DNA of 64,000 bases from an uncultured Gemmatimonadales bacterium. Lineage in GTDB: Bacteria; Gemmatimonadota; Gemmatimonadetes; Longimicrobiales; RSA9. The notes beneath the pieces were generated by a model, which did not search any database, was not told the DNA's origin, and was given only the letters and a program-made list of their open reading frames with translations. Positions 28,799 to 36,229 of this stretch are shown piece by piece (positions within the stretch are counted from its first letter, which is position 1; the number at the start of each line of letters is the position of its first letter). Made by a program: the position numbers and the translations under genes. The stretch spans positions 96,001-160,000 of the forward strand of contig CAWCUS010000003.1 of assembly GCA_963798845.1 (NCBI GenBank), read 5' to 3'.

Positions 28799-29718
28799 TT
28801 CCCCACCTCCGACGTCGCGATGTCCACCCAGTTCTTCGATCCGTCCGCGCCGACGTGCTTGGCCGACCACGTCACCTTCTGCTGAAGCAGCTCGAGCACT
28901 TCCGCTTCCAGCTTCCCGCCCACTTCCAGCGGATGGTCCTCCCACCGCACCTGGTGGTACGTGAAGTACTTCGCCACGAAATGCATCATCTGGCTGAACG
29001 GCAGGTACGCCAGGAACACACCGGTCAGCACCACGTGCGCCGCCAGCGGCCCCGGAACCGGCGTGGATGCGTCCCCGGTCAGGAGCGCCCCGGCCACGCC
29101 GAGCGCCCGCATCCCGAACGATGGGACGGTCACAACCGCCCAGACGCCCGTGCCGAACAGCGCCAGCAGGAGCACCAGGTTGAAGTACGCCACCCGGCTC
29201 GTCATCACCCTCAGGTCCCGCATCGCGACCCGACTCACCAGCAGTCCCAGTGCCCCCACGCCGCCGAGAACGAAGGCGACGCCCGCCAGAACGGTCAGCG
29301 CCGTCCCGACCACCGGAGCCGTCGCCGACGCCACGCCCAGCAGCCCCAGCACCGCCGCGAGCAGCGCCAGCCCGGTCAGCCCCATCAGCACGTACAGCCC
29401 CACGTGGAACGGGTACGACGACCACCACAGCTTCCGGTTGTGCTCCCACAGCGCCTTCAGGAACAGAATCTCGGTCAGCATGTAGGACAACTCTCCCCAG
29501 AGCGACTCCTCGCGCGGCTTCTTCCACCACTCGTACTCTTCCAGATACGAGCCGCCGTAGCGGCTTCGGCCCTTCTCCTTCGGCACCGGGGCCAGCTCCC
29601 AACGCAGGTGAACCGGCAGCCTCGCCAGTCGTACCGAGCGGATCACGAACGCGAGGACGAACGTGCCGAAGAGGACGTAACCAACAGCTAGCAGAACGGG
29701 ACCGGACATCGTGTTCAT
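28795..29718 (-). CDS. Second DsrM-like (NarI gamma family) membrane cytochrome b
   Basis: PVHLRWELAPVP.E, GGSYLEE.EWW, YPFHVG and AYLPFSQMMH. Start ATG 29718. Confidence 0.85.
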   Translation of the reverse strand: MNTMSGPVLLAVGYVLFGTFVLAFVIRSVRLARLPVHLRWELAPVPKEKGRSRYGGSYLEEYEWWKKPREESLWGELSYMLTEILFLKALWEHNRKLWWSSYPFHVGLYVLMGLTGLALLAAVLGLLGVASATAPVVGTALTVLAGVAFVLGGVGALGLLVSRVAMRDLRVMTSRVAYFNLVLLLALFGTGVWAVVTVPSFGMRALGVAGALLTGDASTPVPGPLAAHVVLTGVFLAYLPFSQMMHFVAKYFTYHQVRWEDHPLEVGGKLEAEVLELLQQKVTWSAKHVGADGSKNWVDIATSEVGK

Positions 29719-29803
29719 CTCCGGAGCGCAGTGATCGTGGCGCCTGCTGAACGCCCGCGCCGCCTCTGTTCTCGACATCGCGGGCGTGCGCGCGCGTGCC
29801 CAA

Positions 29804-29821
29804 TCGTGGCAAACGTCACGA
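29804..29821. promoter_or_regulatory. Rex-type operator near the dsrM2K2-like promoter
   Basis: TCGTG-gcaaacgt-CACGA. Minus-strand TTGACG at 29854-29849. Confidence 0.65.
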
Positions 29822-29895
29822 ATAGAGCTTGCGCTGATCTCTCTCCGGCGTCAAGTCCCTCGTCCGGCGGGTGGGCGCCGGCGCAGGGCGCGCAA

Positions 29896-29913
29896 TCGTG
29901 CCAAGTGTCACGA
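29896..29913. promoter_or_regulatory. Rex-type operator upstream of rex (possible autoregulation)
   Basis: TCGTG-ccaagtgt-CACGA, adjacent to TTGACC(29917)-N17-CAGCAT. Confidence 0.65.
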
Positions 29914-30021
29914 GGGTTGACCTTTCGGCGAACAGGCACCAGCATTCACGTTGAATGGCAGAAGTCGGCCGCACGGCCGCCGGGTGGTCGCGCGGCCCTT
30001 TCACGGGAGGCTGTTTCCACA

Positions 30022-30732
30022 GTGGCACGCTTGCGCAGGGTCGTCCTCGAGCGCCTCATCCGGTACTACCGGTACCTGACCGAAGTCACGGCGAAGCGGC
30101 CGCTCCAGACGATCACGAGCGGACAGCTTGCCACGGTGCTGGACGTGGACGCGAGCCAGGTGCGGAAGGACTTCAGCGCGGTGGGACTGGTCGGCGTGAG
30201 CCGCGTCGGTTACGACGTGTGCGAGGTCTGCCGCACCATCCGGAGCGAGCTTGGATTCGACAACACGTACGAGGCCGTGGTGGTCGGCGCCGGCCACCTC
30301 GGCGTGGCGCTGGCGAACTATGGTGGGTTCGACCGATACGGGCTGCGCGTGGTGGCGGCGTTCGACAGCAACCCCGACGTCATAGGCGAGCGGTTCGGCC
30401 AGGTGGCGGTTCGCTCGGTCCACGACCTGAAGGGGTTCGTGGAGGAGCGCCGGATCCCGGCGGCGATCCTGACCACCCCCGCGAGCGTGGCGCAGTCCCT
30501 GGCCGATCTCCTCGTCATGGCCGGGGTGAAGGCCATCTGGAACTTCACCCCCACTCGCCTGAACGTCCCCGATCACGTCCTGGCCCGGAACGAACACATC
30601 TCCGTCGGCCTCGCCGAGATCTCCTTCCACCTCAGCGGCGTTCTCGACCGCGACCGACCCGGCAACACGGTCGGGCTCTGCTGCGCGGAGAACAACGTCG
30701 CCCCTTCCCTGGCGGGCCGCCGCCGCCGCTAG
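30022..30732 (+). CDS. rex: Redox-sensing transcriptional repressor Rex
   Basis: RL..YYRYL, SQVRKDFS..G..G....GY, VGAGHLG.AL, AAFD and GVKAIWNFTP. GTG start after GGGAGG. Confidence 0.93.
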   Translation: MARLRRVVLERLIRYYRYLTEVTAKRPLQTITSGQLATVLDVDASQVRKDFSAVGLVGVSRVGYDVCEVCRTIRSELGFDNTYEAVVVGAGHLGVALANYGGFDRYGLRVVAAFDSNPDVIGERFGQVAVRSVHDLKGFVEERRIPAAILTTPASVAQSLADLLVMAGVKAIWNFTPTRLNVPDHVLARNEHISVGLAEISFHLSGVLDRDRPGNTVGLCCAENNVAPSLAGRRRR

Positions 30733-30890
30733 CCCGCGAAACGCCGGGCGCCGCCTCGTCGACGAGCCCCGCCCGGCACCGCCAGTGAGCGCACGCCCCC
30801 GATCCCCCGCAACCCCCCGCCGGCCAGGCGCATCCCTCTGGCAACGCGGGACTTCCGCTCCCCGGTCCTCAACCCCCATCAAGGACCCTC

Positions 30891-30944
30891 TTGACAACCT
30901 GCAGTCCTCCCCCCTATAGATCGATTCGTGATTCTTATCTCGAA
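30891..30944 (+). promoter_or_regulatory. Near-consensus sigma70 promoter of the apr-qmo-sat-dsr unit, with a Rex-type operator at the start site
   Basis: TTGACA(30891)-N18-TATAGA(30915). TTCGTG-attcttat-CTCGAA at 30925-30944. Confidence 0.7.
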
Positions 30945-31102
30945 TTCGTCGCTGGCCCCCTACCTCGCGGCCAATCGGGATGAATCGCGGGCCCGCCGGC
31001 CGCTTCGGCGCCGGGCCCGATGTTCACTTTCGACCCCCGCGCCGGGCGCGCAGGGTCCACGGAGGAAGCAGGAGTTGGAGCAGGGTGTTTTTTTTGTGGT
31101 TT

Positions 31103-31122
31103 TTCGTGATTGCTTTCACAGA
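31103..31122. promoter_or_regulatory. Second Rex-type operator in the aprB leader
   Basis: TTCGTG-attgcttt-CACAGA. Confidence 0.6.
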
Positions 31123-31168
31123 TCACGACCCCTCTGGCGCGCTGGCCCGCGCGGAAAGGACGGAAGAC

Positions 31169-31636
31169 ATGCCGAGCTTCGTGATCCCGGACAAATGTGA
31201 CGGCTGCAAGGCGCTCGACAAGACTGCCTGTCAGTACATTTGCCCGAACGACCTCATGGTGCTGAACAAGGACACCATGAAGGCCTACAACCAGGACCCG
31301 TCGATGTGCTGGGAGTGCTACAGCTGCGTGAAGATCTGCCCGAACCAGGCGATCGAGGTGCGCGGCTACGCCGATTTCGTGCCCATGGGCGCGAAGGTGT
31401 CGGCGATGCGGAGCTCCGAGGACATCATGTGGACGATCCAGTTCCGCGACTCTCAGATCCGGCCGAAGCGGTTCAAGTTCCCGATCCGCAGGGGCGTGGC
31501 CGAGGGTCAGGCGGATCCGTTCGGTCACTATTCCACCGGCGACAACGACATCAAGAGCCCCACCCTCATGTCCGAGCCGGAGGGGCTGAACACGGAGCGT
31601 GGTCCGCTGAAGTTCGACGCGGTCCCGACGCTGTGA
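31169..31636 (+). CDS. aprB: Adenylylsulfate reductase beta subunit
   Basis: MPSFV..KCDGCK..DKTACQYICPNDLM, CWECYSCVKICP and RFKFPIR. Confidence 0.97.
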   Translation: MPSFVIPDKCDGCKALDKTACQYICPNDLMVLNKDTMKAYNQDPSMCWECYSCVKICPNQAIEVRGYADFVPMGAKVSAMRSSEDIMWTIQFRDSQIRPKRFKFPIRRGVAEGQADPFGHYSTGDNDIKSPTLMSEPEGLNTERGPLKFDAVPTL

Positions 31637-31691
31637 TCGGGAGCGGTTTGCGACGCGGGAATCGACAGCGAATCCAAGGAGACAAGGGACA

Positions 31692-33620
31692 ATGGCGGAC
31701 TTCGAGACTGTAGTCGTCGACACCGACCTCCTGATCTGCGGGGGCGGGATGGCCGCGTGTGGCGCGGCCGTGGAGGCGTCGTACTGGGCGCAGCAGAACG
31801 GTCTGAAGGTGACCGTTGTGGACAAGGCGGCCATGGACCGCTCTGGCGCGGTGGCCATGGGGCTGAGCGCGATCAACCAGTACGTGGATCTGAACAGCGG
31901 GAAGAACACCCTGAAGGACTACTGCGACTACGTGCGCAACGACCTGATGGGGATCACGCGCGAGGACCTGGTGGCGAGCATCGCGCGGCACGTGGATGAC
32001 ACGGTGCACCTGTTCGAGAAGTGGGGCCTTCCGATCTGGAAGGACCAGGAAGGGAACTACGTGCACGAGGGCCGCTGGCAGCTGATGATCAACGGCGAGT
32101 CGTACAAGATCATCGTGGCCGAGGCGGCGAAGAACGCGCTGGCGAAGGCGAACGGGGAGTACTTCGAGCGGATCTTCATCACGCACCCGCTGATGGACGG
32201 CAACAAGTGCGTGGGGGCGATCGGCTTCAGCGTGCGCGAGAACAAGGTGTACGTGTTCCGAGCGAAGGCCGTGCTGGCCTCGATGGGCGGCGCGGTGCAC
32301 GTGTTCAAGCCGCGCAGCACGGGCGAGGGCTTCGGCCGCAGCTGGTACCCGCCCTTCAACTCGGGGGCGAGCACGTTCTTCACGCTGTACGCGGGCGCCG
32401 AGCAGACGTGTCAGGAAGTGCGCTTCATCCCCGTGCGCTTCAAGGACGCGTACGGCCCGGTGGGCGCGTGGTTCCTGCTCTTCAAGTCGATCGCGACGAA
32501 CGCGTACGGCGGCAACTACATGAAGGACAACGCCGCCGAGCTGGAGAAGTGGATGCCGTACGGCAGCGTGAAGCCGAGCCCGGCGAACATCCGGAACTGG
32601 CTCATGATGCTGGATGTGATGGAGGGCAAGGGCCCGATCTACATGCAGACGGCCGAAGCGATCAAGCGCATCGCCGACACGGCGGCGGACGAGAAGGCGG
32701 CGGCGCGGAAGCTGAAGGAGCTGGAGGCGGAGGCGTGGGAGGACTTCCTGGACATGACGATCTCGCAGGCGATCCTGTGGGCCGCGTCGAACGTGGAGCC
32801 GGAGAAGAAGCCTTCCGAGATCATGGCGTGCGACCCGTACTTCATCGGCTCGCACTCCGGCGCCTCGGGCGCATGGGTTTCCGGTCCTGAGGACCTCCAG
32901 ACGGCCGAGACGAAGGACGAGTACTTCTGGGGCTACGCCAACATGACGACCGTCGACGGGCTGTTCGCCGCCGGCGACGCGTCGGGCGCCTCCAGCCACA
33001 AGTTCTCCTCGGGTTCGTTCACCGAGGGACGGATCGCCGGCAAGGCGGCGGTCGCCTACATCCTGGATCACAACCAGGCGCCGGAGGTGGACGCCGGCCA
33101 GGTCGAGGCCCTGAAGGACAAGATCCTCAAGCCGCTCAAGCTGTTCGAGGAACACAAGGGCGCCACGACGGACCCGGAGGTCAACCCGAACTACATCCGA
33201 CCGCGTCAGTTCATGTATCGGCTGCAGAAGATCATGGACGAGTACGCGGGCGGCGTGTCGTCTCAGTTCAAGACGAACGACAAGCTCCTGGAGAAGGGGC
33301 AGGAGCTGCTGGACTTCCTGAAGGAGGACGCGGAGAACCTGGCCGCGCCCAACCTGCATGAGCTCATGCGGGCGTGGGAGGCGGTCCACCGGATGTATCA
33401 GGGCGAGGCGCACGTGCGCTCGATCCTGTTCCGGGAGGAGACCCGCTGGCCGGGCTACTACTTCCGTGCGGACAAGCCGTCGATGGACAACGAGAACTGG
33501 CTGGCCTTCTGTAACTGCCAGTTCGACCGCACGACGGGCGAATGGAAGATGATCAAGCGCCCGGTGAAGTACATCACGCAGGCCTCACCGGCTGTGAAGC
33601 CGGAGACAGTGCACGCCTGA
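31692..33620 (+). CDS. aprA: Adenylylsulfate reductase alpha subunit
   Basis: RSGAVAMGLSAIN, WQLMINGESYK, RFKDAYGPVGAWF, HKFSSGS and REETRWPGYY. Confidence 0.98.
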   Translation: MADFETVVVDTDLLICGGGMAACGAAVEASYWAQQNGLKVTVVDKAAMDRSGAVAMGLSAINQYVDLNSGKNTLKDYCDYVRNDLMGITREDLVASIARHVDDTVHLFEKWGLPIWKDQEGNYVHEGRWQLMINGESYKIIVAEAAKNALAKANGEYFERIFITHPLMDGNKCVGAIGFSVRENKVYVFRAKAVLASMGGAVHVFKPRSTGEGFGRSWYPPFNSGASTFFTLYAGAEQTCQEVRFIPVRFKDAYGPVGAWFLLFKSIATNAYGGNYMKDNAAELEKWMPYGSVKPSPANIRNWLMMLDVMEGKGPIYMQTAEAIKRIADTAADEKAAARKLKELEAEAWEDFLDMTISQAILWAASNVEPEKKPSEIMACDPYFIGSHSGASGAWVSGPEDLQTAETKDEYFWGYANMTTVDGLFAAGDASGASSHKFSSGSFTEGRIAGKAAVAYILDHNQAPEVDAGQVEALKDKILKPLKLFEEHKGATTDPEVNPNYIRPRQFMYRLQKIMDEYAGGVSSQFKTNDKLLEKGQELLDFLKEDAENLAAPNLHELMRAWEAVHRMYQGEAHVRSILFREETRWPGYYFRADKPSMDNENWLAFCNCQFDRTTGEWKMIKRPVKYITQASPAVKPETVHA

Positions 33621-33753
33621 CCGGTATACCCGGGTCGCGCGCCTGCGCGGCCCGGGGCCGGCTAGGGGGGACAGGCAACAGGGAGGCTCTCTCCGGGCGG
33701 CGCATCGGTCGCCCGGGGGGTGCGCCCGGGAAAAGAGAAGAGCGAGGCCGCTT

Positions 33754-34041
33754 ATGCTGGACACTCCATGGACCTGCCCGTATTGCGGTTCGCGCATGAA
33801 AAAGTGGCGCGTGCCCGATGGGGCGAGCTGGGATGCGGAGTTCTTCATGGTCTGTTTCGACGATGAGTGCTCCTACTACCGGGACGGATGGACCTGGATG
33901 CGCGAGCAGTTCCAGCAGGAGGCCTCCTATCGCTACGCCGTCGACCCGCGCGAGGGTCAGCGCTGGATGATCCCCGTATGGTCGCCGTCCGCCACGAAGG
34001 AGATGATCGTGGACGAGAGCGTGGAAGGGGCGGCGCAATGA
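33754..34041 (+). CDS. Small zinc-ribbon protein (CPYC...CFDDEC)
   Basis: 95-aa ORF with four Cys and an RBS, overlapping the next start (ATGA). Confidence 0.75.
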   Translation: MLDTPWTCPYCGSRMKKWRVPDGASWDAEFFMVCFDDECSYYRDGWTWMREQFQQEASYRYAVDPREGQRWMIPVWSPSATKEMIVDESVEGAAQ

Positions 34042-34931
34042 CCCCGACCACGATGTCCACGGCCGAAAGGGAGCACGCCAAGCTCCGGGAGCAGATCCTG
34101 GCGGAGCGTCCGCGCCTCGGCCCGGACGACAGCTTCCGCTTCGGTTGCCACGCGGGCGTGGCCTGCTTCAATCGCTGCTGCAACGACGTCAACATCTTCC
34201 TCTCGCCCTACGACGTGCTGCGGATGCGCGAGCGTCTGGGGCTGGGCTCCACCGAGTTCCTGGAGAAGCACACGCTGCTCCCGGTGCAGAAGGACATGAC
34301 GACCCCGGTCGTCGTGCTCCGGATGCGCGACGACGACGGACATCCGTGTCCGTTCGTGGAGGCGGCGGGGTGCGGCATCTACGCGGACCGGCCATGGCCG
34401 TGCCGCATGTACCCGCTGGGGCTGGCAGCGTCGAAGGACACGTCGGACGGCTGGAGGGGGGAGCGCTTCTACTTCCTGCTGGAGGAAGAGAAGTGTCTTG
34501 GCCGTCGCGAGGGGACGGAGTGGACGGTCGACGGTTGGCTCGAGAACCAGGGTGTGGAGGAGTTCGACCGCTGGGGCGAGGCGTACAAGGAGCTGGCGCT
34601 GCACGACTACTTCGAGAAGGGCGGCGTCCTCAGCCCCGAGAAGATGGAGATGTTCTACACCGCCTGCTACGACCTGGACAAGTTCCGCACGTTCGTCTTC
34701 GAGACCTCTCTGCTGAAGAAGTTCGAGGTGGACGAGGACTTCATCGACGAGATGCGAGACAGCGACGAGGCACTGCTTCGCTTCGGCTTCCTCTGGCTCC
34801 GCTTCAGCCTGTTCGGCGAGGCGACCATGAAGATGCGCGAGGAGGCGGTCCGTGAGGCGCAGGACCGATTGGAGCGGCGCGTCATCCAGGACAGCAGGCG
34901 CACGCGCGCGGCGCAGGAAGGGGTGCGATGA
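34038..34931 (+). CDS. YkgJ family cysteine-cluster protein
   Basis: CHAGVACFNRCC, CPF....CGIYADRPWPCRMYP and CLG. Start ATG 34038. Confidence 0.85.
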   Translation: MTPTTMSTAEREHAKLREQILAERPRLGPDDSFRFGCHAGVACFNRCCNDVNIFLSPYDVLRMRERLGLGSTEFLEKHTLLPVQKDMTTPVVVLRMRDDDGHPCPFVEAAGCGIYADRPWPCRMYPLGLAASKDTSDGWRGERFYFLLEEEKCLGRREGTEWTVDGWLENQGVEEFDRWGEAYKELALHDYFEKGGVLSPEKMEMFYTACYDLDKFRTFVFETSLLKKFEVDEDFIDEMRDSDEALLRFGFLWLRFSLFGEATMKMREEAVREAQDRLERRVIQDSRRTRAAQEGVR

Positions 34932-36229
34932 AAGGCAACGGCACGCGCGGTCGGATCCTGGTGGTCGGAGGTGGGATCAGCGGGATCACGGCGGCCGTGG
35001 AAGCGTCGGAGGCCGGCGCAGAGGTGGTCCTGGTGGAGCGGGAGGCGTTCCTCGGCGGGCGCGTGGCCGCGCTCAACGAGTACTTCCCGAAGCTCTGCCC
35101 CCCCACGTGCGGCCTCGAGATCAACATGCGGCGGATCAAGAGCAGCCCCCGCATCCGCGTTCTGACGCTCTCACAGGTTGAGAGGGTCACGGGTGAGCCC
35201 GGGAGCTATCACGCCACCATCCGGCGCGAGCCCCGCTTCGTGCGAGAGAACTGCACGGCGTGCGGCGCGTGCGTGGACGCATGCCCCGTGGACCGGCCCG
35301 ACGCCTACAACCTGGGCATGGCCACCACGAAGGCGGTGTACCTGCCGTTCGAGATGGCATACCCGTTCCGGTTCGCCATCGACGGCGGCGTCTGCCCCGG
35401 CGAGAGCTGCGGCAAGTGCGTCCCCGCCTGCCCGTTCGATGCCATCGACCTGGGCATGGAGACCGAGACTGTCGAGCTGGACGTGAACGCCGTGGTCTGG
35501 GCCACCGGCTGGTCGCCTCCGGATGCGGAGATGATCGAGGGGCTCGGATTCGGCACGCACCCGGACATCATCACCAACGTCATGATGGAGCGCCTGGCCG
35601 CGCCCGCCGGCCCCACCGGCGGCGCCATCCGGAAGCGCTCCGACGGCGAGCCGATCTCGTCGGTGGCCTTCGTCCAGTGCGCCGGCTCCCGCGACGACAA
35701 CTACATGCGCCAGTGCTCCGGGGTCTGCTGCATGGGCTCGCTGAAGCAGACGCGCTACGTCCGCGAGCAGTACCCGGAGGCCGAGATCTACGTCTTCTAC
35801 ATCGACATCCGTGCCCCGGGCCGCCTCGAGGACTTCTACCAGGCAGCGCAGGAGGACGCGAAGCTCCACATGGTGAAGGGGAAGGTCGCCAAAGTCACGC
35901 CTCACCCCGAGGGCGGTCTGGAAGTGATGGCGGAGGACACGCTCGCCGGCGGCCGCGTGCACCAGAAGGTGGACATGGTCGTGCTGGCCACCGGCATGGC
36001 GCCCCAGGGTGCGGCCGGCGCCGAGGTGGAGGGCGGCCTCCGCACCGATGACTTCGGGTTCCTCACCGTCCAGCAGCCCCAGGCCGGGATGCTGGCCGCA
36101 GGGTGTGCGAAGCAGCCTCTGGACGTGGCGGCGTGCGTCCGGGACGCGACGGGAGTGGCGCTGAAGGCGCTCCGTTTCTGTGAAGCCGACACCGATGCTC
36201 TCGCGTTCGCGGAGGCGAGCCGTGGATAA
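34928..36229 (+). CDS. qmoA: QmoA (HdrA-like flavoprotein, with an internal 2x[4Fe-4S] insert)
   Basis: VVGGGISG, YFPKLCPPTCG, CTACGACVDACP and QCAGSRD...CSGVCC. Confidence 0.93.
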   Translation: MKGNGTRGRILVVGGGISGITAAVEASEAGAEVVLVEREAFLGGRVAALNEYFPKLCPPTCGLEINMRRIKSSPRIRVLTLSQVERVTGEPGSYHATIRREPRFVRENCTACGACVDACPVDRPDAYNLGMATTKAVYLPFEMAYPFRFAIDGGVCPGESCGKCVPACPFDAIDLGMETETVELDVNAVVWATGWSPPDAEMIEGLGFGTHPDIITNVMMERLAAPAGPTGGAIRKRSDGEPISSVAFVQCAGSRDDNYMRQCSGVCCMGSLKQTRYVREQYPEAEIYVFYIDIRAPGRLEDFYQAAQEDAKLHMVKGKVAKVTPHPEGGLEVMAEDTLAGGRVHQKVDMVVLATGMAPQGAAGAEVEGGLRTDDFGFLTVQQPQAGMLAAGCAKQPLDVAACVRDATGVALKALRFCEADTDALAFAEASRG

